A stretch of 62,171 bases of DNA, from positions 1 through 62,171 of the IMG/VR virus record IMGVR_UViG_3300031772_000034. One strand, written 5' to 3'. Position numbers and translations under genes: made by a program. This DNA is from a virus. Taxonomy: Duplodnaviria > Caudoviricetes. Shown in pieces: positions 18,535 to 28,787 of the stretch. Numbering within the stretch: the first letter of the stretch is position 1; every line of letters starts with the position of its first letter. Under the pieces are notes generated by a model. The model was not told the DNA's origin. It saw nothing but the letters and a program-made list of their open reading frames with translations, and ran no database searches.

Positions 18535-19161
18535 ATGTCAGAAAAGAAGACGATCACGGGAAAGGACGTAGCGGAGTGGGAGGAGCTCTTTAAGCAGGGC
18601 TGGAGTTATTCCCAGATTGCGCGGAAGTATGATCGCGTTCCACAGGTGGTAAGGCACCACTTGATGAAACGGGGTCATAAAGCGCACGAGGAAAAAACCT
18701 CCGTCGTTCCGGACGAAGAGTCGAAATGGATCACAAGATTCCTCGCGGGAGAAGATCCTGAGAATCTCGCTCCGCAAAGAACATCCCTTACAGTCTATCG
18801 GCATCTCGCATTTCGACTTCGTGATATGGTTCAGGGCAATAAAGGAGCCCCTGCTCCTGTAGCGCCGAAGAAGGAAGTCCCAGAACCGCCCAAAGAAGTG
18901 ACGATGTTTACCAAGATATATCGTGCGTCAAAGAAGCTTTGTGATGAGCTTAGATGGATTTACACAACTCTTCCTGAGGCACCTGATTTTATTCCTGTTA
19001 CTGAAATCTCCGATCGGTTAAAGGATCTCGAGCGGGAGATCGAATTGAACGCGATCGCGCTTGGCCTTCCGTTTAAATCTGCCCTTCGAGAAGGATGCGT
19101 CGCCGCAGCGTATGAGCAGGCGTTCGACATCCAGCAGCAGCACGAAGAACACGATGTATAG
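18535..19161 (+). CDS. HTH DNA-binding protein (paralogue of 23985-24287)
   Basis: GWSYSQIARKYDRVPQVVRHHL; AAAGGAGG RBS. Confidence 0.7.
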   Translation: MSEKKTITGKDVAEWEELFKQGWSYSQIARKYDRVPQVVRHHLMKRGHKAHEEKTSVVPDEESKWITRFLAGEDPENLAPQRTSLTVYRHLAFRLRDMVQGNKGAPAPVAPKKEVPEPPKEVTMFTKIYRASKKLCDELRWIYTTLPEAPDFIPVTEISDRLKDLEREIELNAIALGLPFKSALREGCVAAAYEQAFDIQQQHEEHDV

Positions 19162-19253
19162 GCAGCCGATTTTGGCGATTGATTAGGGAAGATTAAAAGT
19201 AAAGACCAACGGGCGTGACTCTTACATTTTCGTAAATTAAAATAGGAGGTAAG

Positions 19254-19679
19254 ATGGCAACAATAATTTCAAGTGTATTTTCGATTTCTTCTGCACACCG
19301 GCTGCTCCATCACGAAGGGCTTTGCCACAATCTTCACGGACATAATTGGGAGGTCCGCGTCGACATTTACGGCGACCCGGATCGTGATACTGGTATGGTG
19401 ATCGACTTTCATCTCTTAAAAGAGGTAGTGAAGAATTACCTTCGCCCGTTCGATCATACTACGATCCTGAACACTGCAGATGAGGATACCATCCGAATGC
19501 TTCAGGTGGCCGGCTTTCCATTTATTATCGTCCATGGAGAGCCGACATGTGAAAATTTGGCAAAGCAGTTTTTCTGGGAGCTCCGCGATTTGATTAAAGC
19601 CGCTAATCCACTCGTTGATATCAAGCGAATTACCATCGAAGAGACCAAAGGGAATTTCGCAGTCTACGAGCGACCTTAA
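19254..19679 (+). CDS. queD: 6-carboxytetrahydropterin synthase QueD
   Basis: SAHRL, CHNLHGHNW, GMVIDF, FDH, PTCENLA, IEET. Confidence 0.93.
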   Translation: MATIISSVFSISSAHRLLHHEGLCHNLHGHNWEVRVDIYGDPDRDTGMVIDFHLLKEVVKNYLRPFDHTTILNTADEDTIRMLQVAGFPFIIVHGEPTCENLAKQFFWELRDLIKAANPLVDIKRITIEETKGNFAVYERP

Positions 19680-20677
19680 TGTTTAAAATCATCCATACAG
19701 CTGATATCCATTTAGGGCGTAGGGCGTTTAACTATACCTATAATGGCCTAAATGCTCGAGAGTTCGAGATCTATCTTGGATGGTGGTTCTTCCTTCAACG
19801 AGTTCGAGAAATCAATCCCGCCCTTCTCATTATTGCTGGAGACCTATATGATGGAAAGTTTCCTCCCGTAGCCGCTATTTTAGCATCCCTGTGGTTAGGG
19901 GATCTTGATATTCCCGTTTTAATTGTCGAAGGCAACCACGATCAGACCAACGCAACGTCTCCGTCACCATTAAACATTCTTCGGATCTTTCCAAACGTCC
20001 ACGTCTTTTCTGATCCTGGATATTATATCATGCCGAATGGTGGATTAAAGATTTTCCTCGCTCCTCCTGATACTGAGGAGTATAAGCCGGCGGATATACT
20101 TGTTGCGCATGATAAGTTCATCGGACCAAAAGAGTATCATTACGCTCATCCGAGAACGCTCCAACCAGAGAATTATAAGTATGTTGCATTAGGAGATCTG
20201 CATCGATATTGTGAAATCGCTTATAACGCGATTTATCCCGGCCCCTTAGATACGTTTGCACATGCGAGCGAGAAGGAAACCTATTCAGAAGCGAGGGGCT
20301 TTATGGAGGTTGATGTTGATACACATCCTAAACCAATCGTAAAGAAGTTCCATGAGATGTATCCTCGTGCCTATCGAACATTTGAAATCACCAAATTAGA
20401 GGATATTGAGGCAATCCTTCCATTAGCCCTCCATGCAGTATGTAGAATATTCGTCGAAGGTGATCTTGATGTTTCAAAGTATTTTAAAGATATCGCATGG
20501 CATGTCCAAACTTTCCGGCGACGCTCTCCGGGCTCGACTGTAAAGCCATCGGAAGCACCGCAGAGTAAAACGCTTCAAGATTCATTAGTTGAGTATTGTC
20601 ATAAAATGGGGACGTCAGAGGATATAATGAAAGAGGCGGTTAAAACACTGAAAGAGATCAATGATAAGAGAAGTTAG
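19679..20677 (+). CDS. Mre11/SbcD-like metallophosphoesterase nuclease
   Basis: HTADIHLG, AGDLYD, GNHD, ALGDLH. Confidence 0.88.
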   Translation: MFKIIHTADIHLGRRAFNYTYNGLNAREFEIYLGWWFFLQRVREINPALLIIAGDLYDGKFPPVAAILASLWLGDLDIPVLIVEGNHDQTNATSPSPLNILRIFPNVHVFSDPGYYIMPNGGLKIFLAPPDTEEYKPADILVAHDKFIGPKEYHYAHPRTLQPENYKYVALGDLHRYCEIAYNAIYPGPLDTFAHASEKETYSEARGFMEVDVDTHPKPIVKKFHEMYPRAYRTFEITKLEDIEAILPLALHAVCRIFVEGDLDVSKYFKDIAWHVQTFRRRSPGSTVKPSEAPQSKTLQDSLVEYCHKMGTSEDIMKEAVKTLKEINDKRS

Positions 20678-22139
20678 GATAAATAATCTTCGATCGATTT
20701 CCCATCTTTATTGGGAATTCCCAGAAGGCCTGATCTTGATTAAAGGATTAAACGGCGCTGGGAAGTCTACTTTTGTTGAGGCAATCCTATATGCATTATT
20801 TGGCCCCGATGCGTTAAGAACTCCAAAGACGTTCGCATCCACTGGAAATGCGGAGGTGACCGTATCGGGTAAGTTCCATACCCCATTTGAGGTGCTCCGA
20901 ACCTTTGGCGGGGTAACTTCATTAAAAACAACCGTCACAATCTCAAGCACAAAAGAAATTAACGCTTGGTTCCGCCGCCTTGTCGATCTTAAAACGTTTT
21001 GTCAGACATACGTGTCCCAGCAAACAGAGATTAATAACATCGCAAGAGCTCGACCTTATGAGAGGAAGAAGATCCTTTCCGAACTCTTAGGATTCGGATT
21101 AATCGAAGATTGTGTATCGGCTGTAAAGGTACCGAAAATAGTCGGCGCTGACGGTGTTTCGACTCTTCCCGAAAAACGGGCTACCTTAGAAGAGATCGAA
21201 AAGCTTACCCAAGGTATTACGATTCAAGAGGTTATGCGAGTACAATCCCTTTGGCAGGAACTCGAGCAAATCATCACAGCTGAGAAGCAGCGCATCACTG
21301 TCGCGGATTTAGAGCAGAATCTTCCGGATGCAAGAGAAAATCTATCCAAGCTACAATATAGAAAATCGCTTCTCGAGACCGCGCTCCAGCGAAAAGGTCA
21401 ACCAGCGAAAGATGAAATCATTTCTTGTCCATTATGTGGTCACGATGTAACCGAGCACACTCGAATGCAGTGGCAGAGAGAACTCGTTGATAATCTTAAT
21501 CCTACGATCACCGAGCTTCTTCAAATAGTGCGAACGGCCGAATCTGCTGTTTCCGCAATTCCTCGAGGCCTTCGAAAGGAAGAGTCCGTTCGAAGCGATA
21601 TTCAGAAGTATGGTGATATCCCTCCGACTGAGACAGCTGAGGCGTTATCATTACTAAGTCGACTAAAGGCAGAGGTCTCGATGTTAGAGCGACTTCAAAA
21701 GGAGGTCGAGACTTCTATGAAGTTAGAGAAGGTAAAGAGCCTCTTTGTTGGGTTTCGAGATTGGATGATCTCGCATAATCTCCAGCTGCTTTCTGAAATG
21801 GTTTCGTATTATCTATCCTCGTATACAAAGTGGTCTCAATTCATTATAAACGAGGATTACTCCATTTATGTTAACGATCGTCCAATTGAAACATATTCTG
21901 AAGGCGAGAAGAACATTTGCTGCACTGTATTCCGTTTTGCGATCACGAAACTTTTATCTGAACAATTCTTTGGTTTCACCCCGTTCCTTATTTTAGATTC
22001 AAGTTTCGATGCGGTTGATGAACCGAATTTCAGGAACGCGATTTCGCTGGCCCATATGTGCGCCGGAGAGTTTAGTCAGATCATTGTTACAACCCATCAT
22101 GATATTGAGGTACCAGAAGCTGCGGTATTTGTACTATGA
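20661..22139 (+). CDS. Rad50/SbcC-like ATPase
   Basis: GLNGAGKST, CPLC Zn hook, YSEGE signature, LILDS, TTHH. Confidence 0.88.
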   Translation: MIREVRINNLRSISHLYWEFPEGLILIKGLNGAGKSTFVEAILYALFGPDALRTPKTFASTGNAEVTVSGKFHTPFEVLRTFGGVTSLKTTVTISSTKEINAWFRRLVDLKTFCQTYVSQQTEINNIARARPYERKKILSELLGFGLIEDCVSAVKVPKIVGADGVSTLPEKRATLEEIEKLTQGITIQEVMRVQSLWQELEQIITAEKQRITVADLEQNLPDARENLSKLQYRKSLLETALQRKGQPAKDEIISCPLCGHDVTEHTRMQWQRELVDNLNPTITELLQIVRTAESAVSAIPRGLRKEESVRSDIQKYGDIPPTETAEALSLLSRLKAEVSMLERLQKEVETSMKLEKVKSLFVGFRDWMISHNLQLLSEMVSYYLSSYTKWSQFIINEDYSIYVNDRPIETYSEGEKNICCTVFRFAITKLLSEQFFGFTPFLILDSSFDAVDEPNFRNAISLAHMCAGEFSQIIVTTHHDIEVPEAAVFVL

Positions 22140-22342
22140 AAAAAGGGCTCTTAATTATAGCGTGCCTCTTTTTGTTTTCTTGTGGGGAAACTTGTGAGGA
22201 CCATTGTAAATCTCAATGGAAGAATTGCGCGAACAATTGTGGTGAGAATACTTTATGTCATCAAAATTGTTCGGATCTCGAAAGCCAGTGTACTTGGTGC
22301 TGTGATGATTGGAGCGGGATGTGTGATGAAAACAGTTTATAA
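22136..22342 (+). CDS. small Cys-rich lipoprotein
   Basis: MKK, hydrophobic stretch, LFSC lipobox; 10 further Cys in mature part. Confidence 0.6.
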   Translation: MKKGLLIIACLFLFSCGETCEDHCKSQWKNCANNCGENTLCHQNCSDLESQCTWCCDDWSGMCDENSL

Positions 22343-22909
22343 CGCAGTGGTTCAAGGTTTAGAGGCGGATCGAATTGTCTTTATGCTGATCATGTCGTTC
22401 GAATTCGCCCGGTTTCTTGAACTTCTGATTTTAGGATTGGAGGTCAAATGACTTGCAAGGATTTCTTGACCTTTAATATTTATATCCTCCTCGCGAACAT
22501 CCTAATTTTAGGGGTGTCGATTAAAATTTATACTGAGTACGTTAAGGATAAATTATCCTCAAGAAGGAAGAATGAAGACCCGAAGGAACCGCCCAAAGCA
22601 TCGGATGCCAAAACCTAACCCCTCGATCCGGCCAGTCTTAAACTGTTGGCAGACGAAAGATGGGCGAAAGATTCGTGTTCATAAAATGACGAACGCTCAT
22701 CTAATGAACGCAGTTCTGTTTCTCGAACGACGTCAGAAGAAGGCGGAGGGCTTACACTTATTTCCGGATAATGATTGTTTTGATATTGATTGCCAAGACG
22801 GGTGCTTTTTCATTTCTGAATCTGATCGTCTTTATGACGCTTTAACTGCTGAAGTCGCGCGGCGGGGTCTTAATATTAAACAGTATGCTAAAGAGGTGAA
22901 AAGGTTATA

Positions 22910-23128
22910 ATGAGTACAGAGGTTTTAGAGTTTGGCTATATCGAATTTGAATGTACTGAATGTGGTGCGACGATTGAAGTCGAATGCCCTGATGATCACG
23001 CAGATTTTAAATTTGCCGCAAGTGAAATAAAAGGTCTCGGATGGATAATTATATTTGATAAAGATAAACATGAATTTATGCACTACTGCCCAGAATGTAA
23101 GATCCCGTTTTTAAAGGAGATCAAATGA
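22910..23128 (+). CDS. Zn-ribbon protein
   Basis: CTECG...GW...HYCPEC. Confidence 0.6.
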   Translation: MSTEVLEFGYIEFECTECGATIEVECPDDHADFKFAASEIKGLGWIIIFDKDKHEFMHYCPECKIPFLKEIK

Positions 23129-23364
23129 CGAAGGATAAAATTATATCGTTAGTCCTTGCTGAACGGGAATCCCAGGATAAGTTATGGGGTGACCAAAGTC
23201 AACATGATCATTTTGTATTTAATGCGATTTTGGGCGAAGAGGTGGGAGAGGTAAGTAGGGCATTATTAGAACGCAAATTCAATCGAGAAAACGATCATCA
23301 TATTGAAGATGAACTTATCCAAGTGATTGCAGTAGCTGTCGCATGGCTTGAGTTTAAATTTTAA
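23125..23364 (+). CDS. MazG-like nucleotide pyrophosphohydrolase family protein
   Basis: ER..QD..WG, ILGEEVGEV, ELIQVIAVAVAWLE. Confidence 0.75.
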   Translation: MTKDKIISLVLAERESQDKLWGDQSQHDHFVFNAILGEEVGEVSRALLERKFNRENDHHIEDELIQVIAVAVAWLEFKF

Positions 23365-23380
23365 TCCGGGGAAAGTAAAA

Positions 23381-23941
23381 ATGAAGTCGGGAGCAGGTAA
23401 AAGAAAAGGCGGAGCGTACGAACGTAAGATCGCTCCTATTATAGGGCAATGGTGGTTTGGAAATCCTGATGCGTGTTGGAGAGGTCAATCTTCCGGTGCG
23501 AGGAAGACCTTTCGCAATGAGTTAGATATCGACGTCGGCGACATCGTTCCAGTTAAAGGAGGTTTCTGGCCTTGGGGAATAGAAACGAAAACCCGGAAGA
23601 GCTGGTCATTTGGACAACTCTTTACTTTAGCAGAGAAAAGCCCCTTGATGACTTGGTACTCGGAGATTTATAATAAGGCATCATTAAATCAGTGTCATGC
23701 AATCTTAATTGTAACAGGACCTTGGGAACCAGATTATGTCGTATTTGCGCTTTCAATTTTTAAGAATCCACAGGAATTCCTTGGTCTTTTAAATGATCGA
23801 GCATTCCCCTATGTTTTATTTAAAACATCGCATATAATCATGGTTTTGCAAGATTTTATTACGATAAATCGACAATCCTTTGAAGAAAGAATTGTTCAAT
23901 TTTCTAATTGTAACGATGTCGAAGAGATTGACACAAGATGA
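23381..23941 (+). CDS. Holliday junction resolvase-like PD-(D/E)xK nuclease
   Basis: KRKGGAYER, SGA, GDI, IETK. Confidence 0.75.
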   Translation: MKSGAGKRKGGAYERKIAPIIGQWWFGNPDACWRGQSSGARKTFRNELDIDVGDIVPVKGGFWPWGIETKTRKSWSFGQLFTLAEKSPLMTWYSEIYNKASLNQCHAILIVTGPWEPDYVVFALSIFKNPQEFLGLLNDRAFPYVLFKTSHIIMVLQDFITINRQSFEERIVQFSNCNDVEEIDTR

Positions 23942-23957
23942 GGTCTTGTGTTAAAAT
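23928..23957 (+). promoter_or_regulatory. promoter cassette variant driving HTH gene
   Basis: TTGACA-CAAGATGAGGTC..18 nt-TAAAAT, then AGAAAGGAGGTG. Confidence 0.75.
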
Positions 23958-23984
23958 TTAATTATAGAAAGGAGGTGACAACTC

Positions 23985-24287
23985 ATGAAAAAGGTAACTG
24001 ACGAGGAAAGGACCCAGTGGGCGAAGTTGTATAACGACGGAACTCCGATCAAAAAGATCGCCGCCGATACCGGCCGCAATCAGATGGTCGTCCGGAAAGC
24101 CCTGCAGAAGGCCGGCGTTCAGTTCCGAGGCGGAGGCGCTTCCGTGTCCGCCGACGAGGTGAAGCAATGGACGAACGCTTTTTTGGCCGGCGAGAACCCG
24201 GTGGAGAAGGCTGGTCGCACCGCCCAGTTGGTGTGGCGCCTGGTCTGCTTCGATCTCAAAACGCGCCTGGAACGGCTCGGCAAATAA
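23985..24287 (+). CDS. HTH DNA-binding protein
   Basis: LYNDGTPIKKIAADTGRNQMVVRKAL; strong RBS. Confidence 0.75.
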   Translation: MKKVTDEERTQWAKLYNDGTPIKKIAADTGRNQMVVRKALQKAGVQFRGGGASVSADEVKQWTNAFLAGENPVEKAGRTAQLVWRLVCFDLKTRLERLGK

Positions 24288-24302
24288 CCGACGCCAAGGT
24301 CT

Positions 24303-24343
24303 GACGGGAGCTCGAGTTCAACCCTCGGGCTCCCGTTTATTTT
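24303..24343 (+). terminator. intrinsic terminator
   Basis: ACGGGAGCTCGAG-TTCAACC-CTCGGGCTCCCGT followed by TTATTTT. Confidence 0.75.
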
Positions 24344-24356
24344 GAAAGGAGCTATC

Positions 24357-24746
24357 ATGTACGCGGTTCAATCATTACAGTTGTTAGGAAGCGGCTTCGT
24401 TCTTCTCTTCGCTGTCTTCGTGCTCTCTGCTTGTTATGTTCTATTTACGGGCCTCTCTGTATGGAGACAACCAGTTGATCGGAAGTCCCTTTTCGATCGG
24501 ATTGACTACCTCTTCTCTCTTTGGCTCGCCAACATGTCAACGGGGTTAAAATCCGCGTTGATCTGTTCATTGAGCGAAGGGACAACCGGATTTGTCCAGC
24601 CGGAAATGAAAGAGCTGGCCGCCTACCTGAAGGAGCTGTTAACAAAGCAAGAGCAACGGATGTTGGGCGATTGGTTGGCAATCGATTGCGACAAGGAAGA
24701 AGATCTGATTCGATTCGCCGTCACGCGCATACGTAAGTTGTTATAG
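24357..24746 (+). CDS. membrane protein
   Basis: N-terminal TM segment; GAAAGGAG RBS. Confidence 0.6.
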   Translation: MYAVQSLQLLGSGFVLLFAVFVLSACYVLFTGLSVWRQPVDRKSLFDRIDYLFSLWLANMSTGLKSALICSLSEGTTGFVQPEMKELAAYLKELLTKQEQRMLGDWLAIDCDKEEDLIRFAVTRIRKLL

Positions 24747-24784
24747 CCCGTGGAAAAATCCTCGGCATAATTTATAATTTCTAT

Positions 24785-25306
24785 ATGTCGAGGTGGCAAA
24801 AAATAGTTGTTCATCATTCGGCTACTAAAGACGGGATCGTCAACGATTGGGTAGCTATTAAAAGGTATCATACAAGCTATCGAATCGATGGCGTTATCGT
24901 TTCAAAGGAAGAATTCCTTGATCGTTCCATGAAACATAAGGGAACGTTATTCGAGGAACCAGATCGAGATATTGCATATCATTTTGGTATCGAGCAAATC
25001 TCAGGTAAGTTACTTCTCCAAATTGGTCGCTCTCTCGATATGGATGGCGCCCATACAAAGGGGCAAAATCAAACCTCAATAGGCATTTGTTGTATTGGTA
25101 ATTACGATCTTGCACCTCCATCAGTGGAGATGAAAGATCTTTTAGTTGATGTCCTCACAGGACTATGTTTTATCTTTAAGATCTCCCCAATCGAAATTTA
25201 TCCTCATAGTAAATTCGCTGTTAAGACGTGCCCTGGAAAACTGTTCCCGCTTTCGGAAATCCAAATAAGGGTGGGCGTTAAGTTCGCGATCGCCGATATC
25301 GGGTAA
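24785..25306 (+). CDS. N-acetylmuramoyl-L-alanine amidase (Amidase_2) endolysin
   Basis: IVVHHSAT, IAYHF, GAHTKGQN, GICCIGNYD, H...KTCPG. Confidence 0.88.
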   Translation: MSRWQKIVVHHSATKDGIVNDWVAIKRYHTSYRIDGVIVSKEEFLDRSMKHKGTLFEEPDRDIAYHFGIEQISGKLLLQIGRSLDMDGAHTKGQNQTSIGICCIGNYDLAPPSVEMKDLLVDVLTGLCFIFKISPIEIYPHSKFAVKTCPGKLFPLSEIQIRVGVKFAIADIG

Positions 25307-25309
25307 AAC

Positions 25310-25615
25310 GTGGAGACCTTTATGGATCAGGAGCTTCGAGAGTCTTTTGCAGAGGTTTTTAGAAAGTTAAATGATTTAAAGGATGATGGATTTAAGTTTC
25401 AATTAGGCATGTCGGAGAGAGTCACCGGGATGGAATCGGACCTCAAATCAATCAATAAAACTCTTGGATATCATTGCGCTGATAGGGGTCTTCACGGATC
25501 CAACGGAAACGGTAAGAATAGCGTTAAGATCGGCGCGAAAGAGATTATTTATATCATCTTAACTCTCGCGGGCGTTATAGGCATTCTTGCAACAGTAATT
25601 AATAAGGGCGCCTGA
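25310..25615 (+). CDS. coiled-coil plus C-terminal TM protein (holin-like candidate)
   Basis: follows endolysin; single C-terminal TM helix. Confidence 0.45.
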   Translation: METFMDQELRESFAEVFRKLNDLKDDGFKFQLGMSERVTGMESDLKSINKTLGYHCADRGLHGSNGNGKNSVKIGAKEIIYIILTLAGVIGILATVINKGA

Positions 25616-25871
25616 TCGATTAGGAGATAATAGTATGGCAGAAGACAAAATCTTAACCGGGCCACTAACTACGATTCCAGTTCGAAAATTCCGAGAGGTT
25701 CCAAAAGGGAGTCTTAACCCAATGATTAAGATAATTGCAGAAAAGGCCTCTCACTGTCTAACATCTTGGGCTGAACGAAATTCCGTTTCCCCAGAAAATC
25801 CTAACCTTGTTCGCGTAACCAGTATTGTTGATAACTTAAAAAAGGTCGCTGAAATTAAGGGAGAGTAGCCA

Positions 25872-28775
25872 ATGTCTTCAGTATCTGATCTGATTCGAGA
25901 TATATCGAACCCACTTTCAAAGAATTGGTGCGTTGATCCAGTTAGTGGAAGCGATTCGAATGACGGATCCCCCGCAGCTCCTTTTCAGCATTTACGAAAA
26001 GCTCTTCAAACAATTGGTGGGATTACAAGTATTACTTGGGCTGATGGTAGTCCTCCTTCGTGGGTATCAGAGGTTAGGGATCTTGAACGATTACCCGCAA
26101 CGGTTGGTAGTGATATCGGATTTCAACTTCGTTGGCGCAAACCAGGAGATGGGTTCATATATATAAGCTTAGGATTTGATCCAACTATATCCTCATCTCA
26201 AACACCTTTAGGTCTTACCGAACAGTGGGGCCCGGAAGTAAAATTTGCGGAAAGCACAACTCCATCGGATGTTTGGCTTTATGATGGCCTTGTAACAGCG
26301 AGCCGAAATCGTCATGTCGCTTCTTTTGGAATCAAACTCAGTTTCAGTTTAAATCCTACGTTCTTCTTTGAAACAACCGAACTAACGAGTTTAGATAAAG
26401 GCGATGGAAGTCAGGTTTTATTCACCGGAACATTGCCACATTTTCCTGTCGTGTCTCCGTTCACAACTTTATACGGATCTACAACCGGTGGGACCGAAAC
26501 CTTTACAGATGATGGATTGGGAAATCTTACAGGAGATCTTGGGGGATCCGGTACAATTAATTATACCAACGGAAACTATTCTATCACCTTTGCAAATCCT
26601 CTTATCCTTGACGCGGATTTATTTGCACAATGGAATTACGATGATGGAGAAGGTACTGCCAAGTTTGTATCAAATGTAAGTGGCGCGTCCGCGTGTGACG
26701 TGAATATGCGGTGCGCCCACAATATTTATGTCCTTGGCGGACCGATTACAGAAACAATCCCGTGTATCCGAAATTACGTAACCCTAATTGGTCGTGGAAT
26801 AAGCTTAGGGATGGAGCTACTCTATTTCATGCTCGGCTTCGGTGATATGGAAACGAGTATTACGCCATCCATAGGAAGTGATGCGAACCTACTTCCCGTC
26901 GTTACTGTCTTCAACGGAACCCTTCGATCGATCGGAGTAAGTTTCGGTTTCCAGACAACCCTAAGTGGTGGTGGCGAATTGGTCGCACCTGTTTCGGCGG
27001 GCGCGACAGAAATTGAAGTTGATGACGCGAGTGGATTTACCCTCGGGGGACAGGTATATGGATTTCTTAAACTCGGCGCTACGTCGGATCCTCATGAAAT
27101 CTTAAAGTTTTCGGACCTTAATTTTTACGCTTTCGATATGTCAGATAGCCCTGAGCTAAGAGAATCTGTTCCGGGGGCGGGGTATGATGTAATTGTTCTG
27201 AATGCAGATAATGGTCGAGTAGGTACGACATGGCCTGCGGCGGGAAAGTTTACTCTGTCTTTAGCTATCACAGGCTTTGTTTGGGATTACACGGCAGTCG
27301 GAACACTCAGTGAAGGCGGGCTCACAAAGTCTTACATTCTTTTAGCCACCCCGATTTCGCAGACTCTAGTCGATGCATGGAATTTCATGATGAGCGCGTT
27401 TCCCACTATTCCGGGCATCGTTGCTCTTGGGGGGATTAACAACAAAATTCCGTTATTACGGCCACTTGATGCAAGTTGGCCAAGCGGAACAGGGATTACG
27501 TATTGGAGCCCTCCGTGTATTTGCGAACTCTGGTCTGTAAAAACAAAGCTGAACGATTGTTCTTTGATCACATCCTCTGCAGGTATTTTCGTTCCTCCAG
27601 TTGTTGGTGCTCCAATTGCGACAAATTTAATGGCGGGGTTATGGGAGGTTGATATCTCTGAAGAGCGAAATGCTATGTTTATCGTCGGAAAAGGAACCCC
27701 AGGGATTTTAAATTATTCTTTCATGCCTCACCGATATAAGATTGAGCAGTTATACTTTTTAGGTTTTGGGGATTGCCACCTCTTCGATTATCCAGCATTC
27801 GATTTGATCTTACCCTGGGCTGTAACCCCGATCCCGTTCTCAGAGCCGATGATCAATGAATTTACTGATGTTATGCATAGTATGTTCGCGTATTTGGATC
27901 GTGGCGGCCCTGAATTCTTGATTCGCGAAAGAGGTGGAAAAAAGTATAAAGTTCATTTCGAACAAAATGCATATGCGAAAACGAACAAAGACCTCCCAGT
28001 CTTTATTCAGGAATTCTTACTTGGCACAGCGATTCCAGATGATTTACTGGTTGAGTTCGACACTTCTCCGGGACTTTGGCCGACAAACGCGTTAACTCAA
28101 GATCCAAATCCGATGGCATATCCTGATCAATATAAAGCAGGTGGCTCCGTTCAAAGTCTTATCGGGCCCGAAACGGTATTGATGGTCGTTCGAACGATAA
28201 CAACTCATTTACCAATAAGCGGCGTAGCTGTTGCGATTTGTGATGCTACGGGCGTATCGATATTGGCGACAGGAAAAACAAATGGGAGTGGTAATGTTGT
28301 TCTTGATGGAAATACTTCCGCTGGTTATACTTGCCCTGTCGGAGCGTATAGTATCAAGCTTTATAAGGGAGGCGCTAATTTCGAACCGTCTTACCCGATT
28401 TCCGTTGTCGCTGGCGGTCCAAATGCGTTCATTTTAGAAGGGACTGAAATCGTTATTCCAGGGCCCGTAGATCCCACGCTTTGTCGTGTTTATGGGTGGG
28501 CCACAGACGGTGGAACGAGAATCGCGAATTGTAAAGTTACCGCGTTATTGACCGAGCCAGGTGCGAAGGCGGGACTTTTTAAAATAATTTCTCATAAGAT
28601 TGAAGTTATAACCGACGCTACGGGATATTGGCAATTAGACTTGATTCCTAACGCATCGATTACTCAGCCCGGAACTCGTTATCGATTTGCCTTTGAACGA
28701 GAAGACATCGATTATCATTACGATGTTCAGAAGGTCGTCCCTATTGGTCCGGTCGTAAATTTTAACTCTCTATGA
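25872..28775 (+). CDS. large multidomain virion/adhesin-like protein
   Basis: VDPVSGSDSNDGS..APF N-terminus, Gly/Thr-rich beta segments, C-terminal prealbumin-like folds. Confidence 0.6.
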   Translation: MSSVSDLIRDISNPLSKNWCVDPVSGSDSNDGSPAAPFQHLRKALQTIGGITSITWADGSPPSWVSEVRDLERLPATVGSDIGFQLRWRKPGDGFIYISLGFDPTISSSQTPLGLTEQWGPEVKFAESTTPSDVWLYDGLVTASRNRHVASFGIKLSFSLNPTFFFETTELTSLDKGDGSQVLFTGTLPHFPVVSPFTTLYGSTTGGTETFTDDGLGNLTGDLGGSGTINYTNGNYSITFANPLILDADLFAQWNYDDGEGTAKFVSNVSGASACDVNMRCAHNIYVLGGPITETIPCIRNYVTLIGRGISLGMELLYFMLGFGDMETSITPSIGSDANLLPVVTVFNGTLRSIGVSFGFQTTLSGGGELVAPVSAGATEIEVDDASGFTLGGQVYGFLKLGATSDPHEILKFSDLNFYAFDMSDSPELRESVPGAGYDVIVLNADNGRVGTTWPAAGKFTLSLAITGFVWDYTAVGTLSEGGLTKSYILLATPISQTLVDAWNFMMSAFPTIPGIVALGGINNKIPLLRPLDASWPSGTGITYWSPPCICELWSVKTKLNDCSLITSSAGIFVPPVVGAPIATNLMAGLWEVDISEERNAMFIVGKGTPGILNYSFMPHRYKIEQLYFLGFGDCHLFDYPAFDLILPWAVTPIPFSEPMINEFTDVMHSMFAYLDRGGPEFLIRERGGKKYKVHFEQNAYAKTNKDLPVFIQEFLLGTAIPDDLLVEFDTSPGLWPTNALTQDPNPMAYPDQYKAGGSVQSLIGPETVLMVVRTITTHLPISGVAVAICDATGVSILATGKTNGSGNVVLDGNTSAGYTCPVGAYSIKLYKGGANFEPSYPISVVAGGPNAFILEGTEIVIPGPVDPTLCRVYGWATDGGTRIANCKVTALLTEPGAKAGLFKIISHKIEVITDATGYWQLDLIPNASITQPGTRYRFAFEREDIDYHYDVQKVVPIGPVVNFNSL

Positions 28776-28787
28776 TGTACACCAGGC

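Noticed and set aside
24288-24343. Second tRNA gene
   Set aside because: Only a T-loop-like hairpin; no D or anticodon arm
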